Source: Candidatus Limnocylindrales bacterium (GTDB taxonomy: Bacteria > Chloroflexota > Limnocylindria > Limnocylindrales > CSP1-4). From it: a stretch of 52,274 nt of DNA. Below are positions 1 to 9,166 of this stretch, piece after piece (within the stretch, counting starts at the first letter, position 1; each line of letters begins with the position of its first letter). A model generated the notes under the pieces. The model searched no databases. It saw nothing but the letters and a program-made list of their open reading frames with translations, and was not told the DNA's origin. The stretch spans positions 1 to 52,274 of the forward strand of contig DAIOXD010000001.1 in assembly GCA_036758145.1 (NCBI GenBank), written 5' to 3'. Position numbers and translations under genes: made by a program.

Positions 1-2
1 CG

Positions 3-869
3 TCGGGCCCAGGTTCCTCGGCCCCGTCCCCGTCGACCTCGCCGTCCGGCCCGATCCCGTCGCCATCGGCGTCGGGTGATCCGGTCCTCGTTGGGGCCGG
101 CGACATCGCCGACTGTGGTCTCCAGGACGACAGTGCGACGGCTTCGCTGGTCGAGGGCATCCCGGGCAATGTCTTCACGGCCGGTGACAACGCCTACCCA
201 GGCGGCACGGCCGCCAAGTTCCGCGATTGCTACGACCCGACCTGGGGCCGGTTCCGCGACCGCACGCGGCCTGCGGCCGGGAACCATGACTGGATCACCA
301 AGGGCCTGGCCGGTTACATCGGGTATTTCGGCCCCGCGGCGGAACCGAACGGCACGAGTTGGTATGCCTACGACCTTGGCACATGGCATGTCGTCGTCCT
401 CGACTCGGACTGTTCGGCGGTCGGGGGCTGCGGCGCGGACTCGCCGCAAGGTCGCTGGCTGGCGGCGGACCTCAAGGCCTCGACAGCGCCCTGCACACTC
501 GCGATCTGGCATCAGCCCCGGTTCAGTTCCGGCGTGCACGGCAACGACACCGAGGTCGCGCCGTTCTGGCGGGCGCTCTACGACGCCGGAGCCGATGTCG
601 TCATCAATGGCCACGACCACGACTACGAGCGTTTCGCGCCACAGGACCCCGCTGGGCATGCGGATCGGGCCCGCGGGATCCGCGAGTTCGTCGTGGGCAC
701 TGGCGGGGCGGCGCTTCGCACGTTCCCGACCACCGCAGCCAACAGCGAGCTCCGCTTGGCGACCACGCACGGCGTGATCCGTCTCGTCCTCCACCAGTCC
801 TCCTACGAATGGACCTTCCTCCCGACGACCGGCGATCTGACCGACGGCGGCTTGGCTCCGTGCCACTGA
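3..869 (+). CDS. calcineurin-like metallophosphoesterase (5' end outside window)
   Basis: Frame 3 is open from the window edge to TGA 867-869. My translation gives a Ser/Pro-rich linker (SAPSPSTSPSGPIPSPSAS), then GAGDIADCG, TAGDNAY and GNHDW. The listed ORF 534..869 adds NGHDHDYERF. These are the ordered metal-ligand motifs of the metallophosphoesterase fold. Confidence 0.8.
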   Translation, partial: SGPGSSAPSPSTSPSGPIPSPSASGDPVLVGAGDIADCGLQDDSATASLVEGIPGNVFTAGDNAYPGGTAAKFRDCYDPTWGRFRDRTRPAAGNHDWITKGLAGYIGYFGPAAEPNGTSWYAYDLGTWHVVVLDSDCSAVGGCGADSPQGRWLAADLKASTAPCTLAIWHQPRFSSGVHGNDTEVAPFWRALYDAGADVVINGHDHDYERFAPQDPAGHADRARGIREFVVGTGGAALRTFPTTAANSELRLATTHGVIRLVLHQSSYEWTFLPTTGDLTDGGLAPCH

Positions 870-882
870 TATCGTTCCGGCG

Positions 883-3312
883 ATGAGCGGGGAGCAGGCA
901 CGCGTCGTCGTCATCGGCGGCGGGATCACCGGCTGCAGCGTCGCCTACCACCTCGCACTGGCCGGCTGGACGGACGTCCTCCTCGTCGAGAAGGCGCAAT
1001 TGACGGCTGGGTCCACCTGCCAGGCCGCGGGACTCGTGACCGCGTTCAACCCGTCGTCCTCGATGATGGCGTTCCGCCGCTACAGCATCGAGCTGTATCG
1101 AAGGCTCGGCGCCTTCGAGACCGTCGGCAGCCTCCGCCTGGCATCGAGTCACGACCAGCTGCTCGAACTCGAGCGGACGGCCAGCCGAGCGCGGGGCATC
1201 GGGCTCGACGCCGGGGTCATCGGCGCCGATGAGGCGCGACGGCTGATGCCGGCGATCTCCCCGGAATCGCTCTACGGCGCCGTCCACCTGGCCGGCGACG
1301 GGCATCTCGACCCCCACGGGGCCACGTACGCGGTGGCCGACGCGGCCCGCGCGCTCGGCGTGCGGATCCGGACCGGCGTCCGCGTGACCGGCTTCGAGTT
1401 GTCGCCCCGGCGCGAGATCACGGCTGTCCTGACCGAGGCCGGTCCGATCGCAACCGAGCTCGTGGTCAATGCCGCCGGGATGTGGGCGCCGCAGGTTGCC
1501 GCGATGGTCGGCGCATTCATCCCATCGACCCCGGTCGACCACCAGCACGTCGCGCTCAAGGCGGTCCCCGGCTCTGAGCTCCCGCGCGAGATGCCCTGCT
1601 TCCGCGACCCGGACAACCTCGTGTACGGCAAGAGCGAGCACGGCGGAATGGTGTTCGGCGGCTATGAGCTTGACCCAGTCTCGCGCTGGGAGGACGGCGT
1701 GCCGTGGGAGCACGCGGCGCAGTCGATGCCGCCCGACTGGGATCGGTTCGCGCCGTTGATGGCCGGGGCGATCCGCCGCTTCCCGTTCCTGGCCGATGCC
1801 GAGGCGATCCGCCTCGTCTGCCATCCGGACGCGATGACGCCCGATTCGAACCCGTTGCTGGGACCGCTCCCCGGGGTTCGCGGGTTCTGGGTCGCGGCGG
1901 GGCTGTCGCTCAACGGCTTCGGTGGCGGTGGCGGGATCGGGCGGGCGATAGCGGGCTGGATCACGGCCGGCGACCCGGGTGTGGACATCGGACCGTATCG
2001 GGCGTGGCGGTTCAGCGACGTCTATCGCGACCCGGGGTTCGCCGCCGGCCTGGCGCGCGAGACCTATTCCGATTACTACCGACTCCGTTACCCGTTTGAC
2101 GCGGACCTGGCCGGGCGACCGCGGCGCCTCTCGGCGCTCCACGGACGGCTCCAGGAGGCCGGCGCTGTGTTCGGGACCAAAGCGGGCTGGGAGCGCGCGG
2201 ACTATCACGACCCGGGCCGGCCGTGGCGGCGGGCGGGTCGCGATCAGGTCGCGTACGGCTGGACCCGACCGCCATGGTTCGAACGGGTCGGGGCGGAAGC
2301 GCGGGCCGTGCGCGAGCGGGCCGGGATCATCGACCTGAGTTCGTTCGGCAAGATCGCCGTTGAGGGTGCTGGCGCCCTCGGGCTCCTCCAGCGGGTGAGC
2401 GCCAATGACATCGACCACCCGGTCGGGAGCGTCATCTACACGCAGTGGTGCGACGAGCGGGGCGGCATCGTCGCCGACGTCACGGTCACGCGGCCGGCGG
2501 ACGATCGATTCCGGGTCGTGACCGGGGCGGGCTACGTGGCGTCCGAGATGGCCTGGTTGTGTGCCCACGTCACCACCGGCGACGCCGCGGTCAGCATCCG
2601 TGATGTGAGCGGGGAGCTCGCCACGATCGGGCTCTGGGGGCCGCGCGCGCGGGACGTCCTGGTCGCCGCGGGCGCACCGGCCGACGAGGTCGGTGACGAT
2701 GCCATCCCGATGCGTCGGTCACGCGCGATCCGGGTCGGTCCGGCTCCGGTCGACGCCGCCCGGATCAGCTACGCCGGCGAGCTGGGCTGGGAACTGTCGA
2801 CGCCAGTCGAGTGGGCGGTCGCCGTGTGGGATCGGGTCACGGCCGCCGGAGCCGAACCGATCGGCTACCGCGCCCTCGAGGCGCTCCGCATGGAGAAGGG
2901 CTACCGCTACTACGGCACCGACCTGACGATGCTCGATACCCCGTTCGAGGCCGGCCTGGGCGCGTTCGTCCGCTTCGGAGCGGGGCCGTTCATCGGGCGA
3001 GACGCTCTCGTCGCCGCCAGGGCGACCGAACTCGATGACGCGAGCCGTCGGCTGCGCACCGTGGTCATCGGCGGCGCCGACTACGTCCCGGTCTACGGCG
3101 GAGAAGCTGTCCGCCTCGATGGCGAGGTCATCGGCCGCCTCCGGAGCGTCGCCTATGGACCGACCGTCGAGCGCACGATCGGCTACGTCTACCTGCCGGC
3201 GAGCGTTGCGGTGGATGCGTCCCTGGAGGTCGACATCTTCGACCGCCGATTCCCGGCGACGGTGACACCCGATGCCCTCGTTGACCCCAGCGGCGAGCGG
3301 ATGCGAGGCTGA
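883..3312 (+). CDS. FAD-dependent oxidoreductase fused to GcvT-type aminomethyltransferase/folate-binding domain (dimethylglycine/sarcosine dehydrogenase-like), paralog 1
   Basis: 809-aa ORF with an N-terminal dinucleotide-binding fold (VVVIGGGITGCSVAYHLA). The C-terminal half has GcvT-like segments (IIDLSSFGKIAVEG, YTQWCDERGGIVADVTV, ISYAGELGWEL, YRALEALRMEKGY). The ATG lies 13 nt after the upstream stop. Confidence 0.88.
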   Translation: MSGEQARVVVIGGGITGCSVAYHLALAGWTDVLLVEKAQLTAGSTCQAAGLVTAFNPSSSMMAFRRYSIELYRRLGAFETVGSLRLASSHDQLLELERTASRARGIGLDAGVIGADEARRLMPAISPESLYGAVHLAGDGHLDPHGATYAVADAARALGVRIRTGVRVTGFELSPRREITAVLTEAGPIATELVVNAAGMWAPQVAAMVGAFIPSTPVDHQHVALKAVPGSELPREMPCFRDPDNLVYGKSEHGGMVFGGYELDPVSRWEDGVPWEHAAQSMPPDWDRFAPLMAGAIRRFPFLADAEAIRLVCHPDAMTPDSNPLLGPLPGVRGFWVAAGLSLNGFGGGGGIGRAIAGWITAGDPGVDIGPYRAWRFSDVYRDPGFAAGLARETYSDYYRLRYPFDADLAGRPRRLSALHGRLQEAGAVFGTKAGWERADYHDPGRPWRRAGRDQVAYGWTRPPWFERVGAEARAVRERAGIIDLSSFGKIAVEGAGALGLLQRVSANDIDHPVGSVIYTQWCDERGGIVADVTVTRPADDRFRVVTGAGYVASEMAWLCAHVTTGDAAVSIRDVSGELATIGLWGPRARDVLVAAGAPADEVGDDAIPMRRSRAIRVGPAPVDAARISYAGELGWELSTPVEWAVAVWDRVTAAGAEPIGYRALEALRMEKGYRYYGTDLTMLDTPFEAGLGAFVRFGAGPFIGRDALVAARATELDDASRRLRTVVIGGADYVPVYGGEAVRLDGEVIGRLRSVAYGPTVERTIGYVYLPASVAVDASLEVDIFDRRFPATVTPDALVDPSGERMRG

Positions 3313-3346
3313 CCGGCCCCGACATCATCGGTCGGCCGGAGGATCG

Positions 3347-3511
3347 TCAGCCCAGCCTTCGACCTCCATCGCCGACGAGGAACGACCCAGCGAAGAACGC
3401 CAAGCCGATGTCGACGAGGCTCACGTCGACCTTCAACCCGATCGCGGCCAGGACGAAGCAGATGATCGCGACGATCAGCAGGATGTCGCGCAGGCCCAAG
3501 GAAGTCTTCAT
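3347..3511 (-). CDS. small hydrophobic (2-TM) hypothetical protein, 54 aa
   Basis: Internal ATG of ORF 3347..3724 gives MKTSLGLRDILLIVAIICFVLAAIGLKVDVSLVDIGLAFFAGSFLVGDGG. The sequence has two hydrophobic stretches and strongly GC3-biased codons. There is no clear SD and I recognise no family. Confidence 0.4.
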   Translation of the reverse strand: MKTSLGLRDILLIVAIICFVLAAIGLKVDVSLVDIGLAFFAGSFLVGDGGRRLG

Positions 3512-3626
3512 GGCGGAATTGGACCACATCCGGGCTTGCCCTGACAGGTGGCCACGTCCGGATCCCGTGACAACTGCCGTGCAACGACCTCGGCGCGCCG
3601 CCCATGGGTGGCATGGCCTCCCGCAG

Positions 3627-4532
3627 CTAGCCGCGGGTGGCCTCGAGCCACCCCTCGAATTCGGGCCCATCGAGCGCCGCCACCGCGCGAGTCCAGCGCT
3701 CCTCGGCCCAGCCGGTGAAGTCATAGTCGATGGTCGAGATGCGGGCCTGGATGGCCGCCCAGAGCGTCCAGCCGACGTCGGACATGATCATCTGGAGGTG
3801 CATCCGGGCGAGGAGGGCAGGGGAGGCCTGGCCGAAGTAGGCGGCGCACAACTCGGTCGCCTGGGCCTCGCCGTACTCGAGCTCCTGGCAGGTGTTGCCG
3901 AGCTCGAAGGTCGGATCGTTGTTGCCGCTGTACTCCCAGTCGACGAGCCACAGCCGCTCGCCGTCGTCGAGGTAGTTGTCGGCGAGGAGATCGTTGTGGC
4001 AGGGCAACGTCGCCAGTGGGCGCGCAGCCAGGGCGGTCTCGATCCGCGGTAGCTGGTCAAGGTGCTCTCGGTACCCGTCCGGGATCGGGATCGCGCGCTC
4101 GTCGACCAGCGCGAGGTAGCGCTTCGAGAGCCGGAACATGTCGAAGTCGTCGCGGAAGCGAGGGCCGGCGTGGAGGAGCTTGACGACCTCCGCGATCCGC
4201 CCCGGCATCCCGGGCGCACCGAGCGCCGCGACCGACATCATCCGAGCAGGGAGCCATTCGAGCACGAAGACATCCCATTCGGGGAGGGCGAGGACCACGC
4301 GTGGCGCCACGCCGGCCGCGGCAGCCGCCTTCGTGTTTTGGAGTTCGTTGCCTCGATCGACGGCGAGGAGTTCCGTGGCCGCACCCGGGATCCGGACGAA
4401 GTAGGGCGTGCCGTCCACCTCGACCCGGTAGTTCGTGTTGGTCAGTCCGGCCGGGATCCGCTCGGCGGACACGACGCCCCCAGCCCAGTCCGGTATCGCC
4501 GCGATGACCTGCTCGATCGAGGGAACGGTCAT
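3627..4532 (-). CDS. choline/ethanolamine kinase-like phosphotransferase (APH/ChoK fold)
   Basis: Trimmed to the internal ATG (MTVPSIEQV...), 7 nt downstream of the TetR stop. It has a Brenner-type catalytic motif (LPCHNDLLADNYL) and a choline-kinase-type motif (LVDWEYSGNNDPTFELGNTCQE). The longer ORF-track N-terminus is Arg/Ser-rich and runs through the TetR gene in another frame. Confidence 0.8.
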   Translation of the reverse strand: MTVPSIEQVIAAIPDWAGGVVSAERIPAGLTNTNYRVEVDGTPYFVRIPGAATELLAVDRGNELQNTKAAAAAGVAPRVVLALPEWDVFVLEWLPARMMSVAALGAPGMPGRIAEVVKLLHAGPRFRDDFDMFRLSKRYLALVDERAIPIPDGYREHLDQLPRIETALAARPLATLPCHNDLLADNYLDDGERLWLVDWEYSGNNDPTFELGNTCQELEYGEAQATELCAAYFGQASPALLARMHLQMIMSDVGWTLWAAIQARISTIDYDFTGWAEERWTRAVAALDGPEFEGWLEATRG

Positions 4533-4539
4533 CGCCGGC

Positions 4540-5190
4540 TCAGCCGAGAAGCTGCTGCTGCATCGTCTCGGCCAGCCATGCCTGGAATCGCTTCCTCGAC
4601 CAGCGACGCCGATGCACGAGGAGATGGAAGAGCCCGGCATCGATGAGGACCCACAGGATGTCGGCCGCCGCTTCCTCATCGAGTCCTTTGCGGAGGCTGC
4701 CGCCCTTGGCGACCAGGTCGCGAATGACGTTGCCGGCGCCGATCCGGCGCTCGGTGCCGATCGCTTCGAAGACGTCGCGGACCTCCGGATCCGCGCTGGC
4801 GGCCCCGCGGACCGCCTCGTAGATCGGCGCGAGCCGGGTATTGATGTCCACGACCAGCCCGGCATATCCGACCACGAAGCGCCTTGGATCCGGTTCGGCC
4901 CTCACGGCCAGCGATGCCGGTCGGAGCGGGAACGGGATCGGCTCGTCGTCGCCGACAAGGGCTACGTCATAAGCCTTCTTGAGCAGGGCCTTCTTGCCTC
5001 CGACCGACGTGAAGACGGTCGCTCGACTGACACCCGCAGCCTCGGCGATCGTTTCGATCGAGGTCGCGACGTAGCCGCGTTCGACGAAGGACGCGGCGGC
5101 AGCGTCGATGATCGCGCGGCGGGTCGCCGCGGCCTGCGCCTTGCGCAGGGGCGATGCATATGACCGCTTGACATCCGGTCGGTTGTTCAT
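4540..5190 (-). CDS. TetR family transcriptional regulator
   Basis: N-terminal TetR HTH (RRAIIDAAAASFVERGYVATSIETIAEAAGVSRATVFTSVGGKKALL). I chose the ATG at 5190 (MNNRPDVKR...); the ORF-track start at 5232 is a TTG. A TATACT box sits 9 nt upstream of this ATG, which suggests a leaderless or very short leader. Confidence 0.85.
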   Translation of the reverse strand: MNNRPDVKRSYASPLRKAQAAATRRAIIDAAAASFVERGYVATSIETIAEAAGVSRATVFTSVGGKKALLKKAYDVALVGDDEPIPFPLRPASLAVRAEPDPRRFVVGYAGLVVDINTRLAPIYEAVRGAASADPEVRDVFEAIGTERRIGAGNVIRDLVAKGGSLRKGLDEEAAADILWVLIDAGLFHLLVHRRRWSRKRFQAWLAETMQQQLLG

Positions 5191-5225
5191 CAGACTTACA
5201 GTATAACCACCATACGCAAGGTCTG
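5191..5225. promoter_or_regulatory. divergent promoter / candidate TetR operator
   Basis: This is an AT-richer island in a GC-rich genome. AGTATAAC contains overlapping -10-like boxes: TATAAC on + (5202-5207) and TATACT on - (5200-5205). They are bracketed by the inverted pentamers CAGAC (5191-5195) and GTCTG (5221-5225). Confidence 0.3.
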
Positions 5226-5249
5226 GTGACAACAGGATCGGAGCACGGT

Positions 5250-5702
5250 ATGAACGAGCAAGGGACGCCCCCCGGATCTGAGGTCGTGGCGCGGCTGCGC
5301 GACGCGATGAACGAGCACGATCTCGAGGCCCTCGTGGACGTGTTCGACCCGGATTTCGTCAGCGAGACGCCGGCTCACCCGCAGCGTACCTTCCGAGGCG
5401 CCGACCAGGTGCGCCGGAACTGGGAGCAGATCTTCGCGGGAGTGCCCGACCTGCATGCCGACCTGTTGGCCGCCGTCGTCGATGGCGACACCGTCTGGTC
5501 GGAGTGGGACTGGTACGGCACGCGACGCGATGGCTCGGCGCATCGGATGCGTGGCGTCACGATCCAGCGCGTCAAGGATTCCCGCGCGGTATCGGTTCGT
5601 TTCTACATGGAGCCGGTCGACGACAGCGGTCCGGCGGCCGGTGAGGCCGTTCGCCGGATCGTCGAAGGCGAGGCATCGACGGCGCCGGCGGTGACGCGAT
5701 GA
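5250..5702 (+). CDS. SnoaL-like / NTF2-fold protein
   Basis: I chose the ATG at 5250, preceded by GGAGC 5-6 nt upstream, over the ORF-track GTG at 5226. The sequence MNEHDLEALVDVFDPDFVSETPAHP...VWSEWDWYGTRRDGSAHRMRGVTI is typical of small SnoaL/NTF2-like proteins. Confidence 0.7.
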   Translation: MNEQGTPPGSEVVARLRDAMNEHDLEALVDVFDPDFVSETPAHPQRTFRGADQVRRNWEQIFAGVPDLHADLLAAVVDGDTVWSEWDWYGTRRDGSAHRMRGVTIQRVKDSRAVSVRFYMEPVDDSGPAAGEAVRRIVEGEASTAPAVTR

Positions 5703-6622
5703 TCCTCGTCGCTGGCGGCACCGGAACGCTTGGGCGCGCCCTGCTCCCGCTGCTCGCGAGCCACGATGAACCGATCCGTGTCCTCACCCGCGGCGGCCGG
5801 GCCGAGCCGCTGGATCTGCCGGGCGTCGAGACGGTGATCGGCGACGTTCGTGACCCCGAGACGCTTCGGCGAGCCATGGTCAGCGTCCGGACGGTCGTGT
5901 CGGCCATCAACGGCTTCGGAGGCGACGGGGCGCTCGGCGTCCGGGCCATCGACCGGGACGGCAATCTCAACCTCGTCGAAACGGCGGAGGCCGCCGGTGT
6001 CGAGCATTTCGTCCTCCTGTCGATCCAGCAGGCCGCAGTGGACCATCCCATCGAACTGTTCCGCATGAAGGCGGCGGCCGAGGCGCGACTCAAGGCGAGC
6101 ACCCTGACCTGGACCATCGTCCGACCGACCGCCTATCAGGAGACCTGGCTCGAGATCGTCGGGCGACCGTTGGTGACGACGGGAAGCACCCGGGTCTTCG
6201 GACGCGGCCGGAACCCGATCAACTTCGTGTCCGCGGACGATGTCGCGCGGATCGTCGAGCTCGCGGTGGTCGACCCGACACGCCGAGCAGCCACGCTGGA
6301 TGTCTCGGGACCCGAGAATCTGACGTTCGACGGGTTCGTCGAGGTCGTCAGGGAGGCGACGGGCGTGACCGGGACCGTGAACCACGTTCCCCTCCCGATG
6401 CTGCGTCTGATGTCGATCGCCCTTCGCCCGTTCAAGCCGGTCATCGCCGGACAGATCGCGGCAGCCGTCGTCATGGACACCCGTGATATGACCGCCGACA
6501 CGGCCGAGCGGGCTCGTAGCTTCCCCGGTATCGCTTCGACACCGCTGGCCGACGTGGCCGCGCGCCGGCTGCGGTCCGCCATCGAGCCGTCGGAGATCCA
6601 TCCCTTGCCGGCGCGCCGCTAG
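5699..6622 (+). CDS. NAD(P)H-binding NmrA-like / atypical SDR protein
   Basis: N-terminal Rossmann motif MILVAGGTGTLGRALLPLL. The start overlaps the upstream stop by 4 nt (ATGA). Confidence 0.8.
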   Translation: MILVAGGTGTLGRALLPLLASHDEPIRVLTRGGRAEPLDLPGVETVIGDVRDPETLRRAMVSVRTVVSAINGFGGDGALGVRAIDRDGNLNLVETAEAAGVEHFVLLSIQQAAVDHPIELFRMKAAAEARLKASTLTWTIVRPTAYQETWLEIVGRPLVTTGSTRVFGRGRNPINFVSADDVARIVELAVVDPTRRAATLDVSGPENLTFDGFVEVVREATGVTGTVNHVPLPMLRLMSIALRPFKPVIAGQIAAAVVMDTRDMTADTAERARSFPGIASTPLADVAARRLRSAIEPSEIHPLPARR

Positions 6623-6717
6623 CGCTCGTCGATCGGCGCGGTAGCCCTCTCCGGCGCCCCCTCCAGCGGCTACGCTGTGCGGCATCGGACGGAGGGCAAC
6701 GGAGCGTCGAGGGATAG

Positions 6718-9153
6718 GTGGAGCACGCCCGGGCGGTCATCATCGGCGGCGGCGTCGGGGGGACGTCGATCGCGTACCACCTGACCGAACTCGGTTGGAC
6801 CGACGTGGTCCTCGTCGATCGCGCCGAGTTGACCTCGGGCTCCACGTTCCATTCGGCGGGTCTGGTCGGGCAGCTCCGGAGCTCGGTGACCCTGACCAGG
6901 ATGATGATGTACGGCTCCGACCTCTACCGGCGCCTCGCCGCCGAGACCGGGACCGATCCGTCGTGGCACGAGGTCGGCTCGCTGCGGCTCGCCTCCAGCC
7001 CGGAACGCTTCGAGGAGCTCCGACGCCAGGCGGGCTGGGCCAAGACGTTCGGCCTGCCGCTCGAGCTCATCAGCGCCCAGGAAGCGCAGGCGCTCTTCCC
7101 GCTGATGTCGACCGATGGCGTGCTCGGCGCCGTCTACCTGCCGACCGATGGCTGGCTCGACCCGTCCGGCCTCGCGAACGCCCTGGCGGCCGGCGCCAGG
7201 CAACGCGGGGCAAGCATCCGCCCGCACACGAGGGTCGTGGCGATCGGCACGGATCGCGGCCGCGTCACCGGTGTGACCGTCGAGCGCGCGGACGAACGGA
7301 TCGAGATCCGCGCGGACGTCGTCGTCAACGCGGCCGGCATGTTCGCCCCCGAGATCGGTCGGATGGTCGGCGTCAACATCCCGATCATCCCGATGGCCCA
7401 CGAATACCTCTTCACCGAGCCGATCGAGGGGGTCCACCCGGGCCTCCCGCAGCTTCGCGACCCCGACAACCTGGTCTACTACCGCGAAGAGGTCGGCGGC
7501 CTGTGCATGGGCGGGTACGAGCGCCACCCCGCCCCGTGGGGACTCGATGGCATCCCGCCCGACTTCAACGGCAAGCTGCTCGCGCCGGACTGGCCGCGCT
7601 TCGAGGAGATCATGGCGGGCGCGGTCCGGCGCGTGCCGGCCATCGCCGACGCCGGGATCAACCGGATGATCAACGGCCCCGAGGGGTTCACCCCGGACAA
7701 CGAATTCATCCTCGGCGAGTCCGAGGTCCGCGGCTTCTTCGTGGCGGCCGGGTTCTGTGCGCACGGGATCGCCGGCGCGGGCGGGATCGGGCGCCAGATG
7801 GCGACCTGGATCGTCGACGGCGAGCCGGAGCTCGATCTCTGGAAGATGGACATCCGCCGATTCGGGCCGGCCTATCGAAGCCAGGCGTACACGCTCGCGC
7901 GCTCGATCGAGAACTACGCGACCTACTACGACATCCACTACCCCAACGAGGAGCGCCAGGCCGGGCGTCCGCTGCGGACCTCGCCGACCTACGAGGTCCT
8001 CCTGGGTCTCGGCGCGGCCTTCGGCGAGAAATCCGGCTGGGAGCGCCCCAACTGGTTCGAATCGAACGCGCCGGCCGGCGACGAGGCGCTCCGGCCGCGC
8101 GGCTGGGCGGGGCAGCACTGGTCGCCTGCGATCGGTGCGGAGGCGCTGGCCACGCGGCGAACGGCCGGCCTGTTCGATGAGACGTCGTTCGCCAAGATCG
8201 AGATCGTGGGGCCCGGCGCCGTCGCCTTCCTCGGGCGGCTGTGCGCCAACGACATCGACGTGCCGGTCGGGCGGATCGTCTACACGCAGCTCCTCAACCG
8301 GCGGGGCGGCATCGAGTGCGACCTCACCATCACGCGGGTCACGGCCGACCGTTTCCTGATGATCACCGGGACTGCGGTCGGGGGACACGACCTCGGTTGG
8401 CTTCGCCGCCATCTGCCCGATGACGGGAGCGTGCTCCTCAACGACATCACCTCGGGCCGCGTCTGCTTCGCGCTGTGGGGCCCACGGGGGCGCGACATCC
8501 TGGACTCGGTCACGCGCGACGATGTTTCCGATGCCGCCTTCCCGTACCTCAGCGCGCGCGCCATCACGATCGGATACGTGCCGGTCTATGCGCTCCGCGT
8601 CACGTATGTCGGCGAGCTCGGCTGGGAGTTGTACGCCGACACGGAATACGGGCTGGCGCTGTGGCGGACGCTCTGGGGGGCCGGCGCGCCGCACGGGATG
8701 GTCGCCGGCGGCTACCGCGCGATCGACGCGCTCCGGCTCGAGAAGGGCTATCGCGTCTGGTCGAGCGACATCACGCCCGACGAGACGCCGTTCGAGGCCG
8801 GGCTCGGCTTCGCGGTCGCGCTCGACAAGGAGCCCGAGTTCATCGGTCGCGACGCGCTCGTGACGGCGAAGGCCACCGGGCCACGGAAACGCCTGCGCTG
8901 TCTCGTCCTCGACGACCCGCGCTCGGTCTGCCTCGGGAATGAGCCGGTCCGCGTCGGGGGCGAAGTCGTCGGCCGGGTGACCTCGGGCGGCTACGGGTTC
9001 GCGGTCGAACGGTCGATCGCGTACGCCTACCTCCCGCCGGATCGCGCGGCGATCGGGACGCGCGGCGAGGTCGAGGTCTTCGGCGACTGGACCGGCTTCG
9101 AGGTCGCCCGCGAACCGCTGTACGACCCCGAGGGCGCGAGGATCCGCTCGTGA
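6718..9153 (+). CDS. FAD-dependent oxidoreductase fused to GcvT-type domain (dimethylglycine/sarcosine dehydrogenase-like), paralog 2
   Basis: 811-aa ORF with AVIIGGGVGGTSIAYHL and TSGSTFHSAGL (the His-containing flavinylation-type motif). GcvT-like segments are LFDETSFAKIEIVG, YTQLLNRRGGIECDLTI, VTYVGELGWELY and YRAIDALRLEKGY. The GTG start is preceded by GAGGGA. Confidence 0.9.
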   Translation: MEHARAVIIGGGVGGTSIAYHLTELGWTDVVLVDRAELTSGSTFHSAGLVGQLRSSVTLTRMMMYGSDLYRRLAAETGTDPSWHEVGSLRLASSPERFEELRRQAGWAKTFGLPLELISAQEAQALFPLMSTDGVLGAVYLPTDGWLDPSGLANALAAGARQRGASIRPHTRVVAIGTDRGRVTGVTVERADERIEIRADVVVNAAGMFAPEIGRMVGVNIPIIPMAHEYLFTEPIEGVHPGLPQLRDPDNLVYYREEVGGLCMGGYERHPAPWGLDGIPPDFNGKLLAPDWPRFEEIMAGAVRRVPAIADAGINRMINGPEGFTPDNEFILGESEVRGFFVAAGFCAHGIAGAGGIGRQMATWIVDGEPELDLWKMDIRRFGPAYRSQAYTLARSIENYATYYDIHYPNEERQAGRPLRTSPTYEVLLGLGAAFGEKSGWERPNWFESNAPAGDEALRPRGWAGQHWSPAIGAEALATRRTAGLFDETSFAKIEIVGPGAVAFLGRLCANDIDVPVGRIVYTQLLNRRGGIECDLTITRVTADRFLMITGTAVGGHDLGWLRRHLPDDGSVLLNDITSGRVCFALWGPRGRDILDSVTRDDVSDAAFPYLSARAITIGYVPVYALRVTYVGELGWELYADTEYGLALWRTLWGAGAPHGMVAGGYRAIDALRLEKGYRVWSSDITPDETPFEAGLGFAVALDKEPEFIGRDALVTAKATGPRKRLRCLVLDDPRSVCLGNEPVRVGGEVVGRVTSGGYGFAVERSIAYAYLPPDRAAIGTRGEVEVFGDWTGFEVAREPLYDPEGARIRS

Positions 9154-9166
9154 CCGGGGAGGGCGC

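Noticed and set aside
604-2568. 654-aa ORF antisense to amine-dehydrogenase paralog 1. The same pattern recurs at 6670..9327 (885 aa), 29116..31608 (830 aa), 48377..51295 (972 aa), 25110..26480 and 26420..27829.
   Set aside because: All lie opposite genes with unambiguous family signatures. Their translations are Arg/Pro/Gly/Asp-rich low-complexity sequence with no motifs. Long stop-free antisense frames are expected at this G+C content.
6623-6717. Possible glycine riboswitch upstream of paralog 2; GGACGGAGGGCAAC loosely resembles the ACCGAAGGGGCAA core.
   Set aside because: I could not find the other conserved elements (5' GGAGAG of P1, CUCAGGC...GGAC). The 95-nt spacer is better explained by a TACGCT -10-like box plus a GAGGGA SD. 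A covariance-model scan (RF00504) would settle it.
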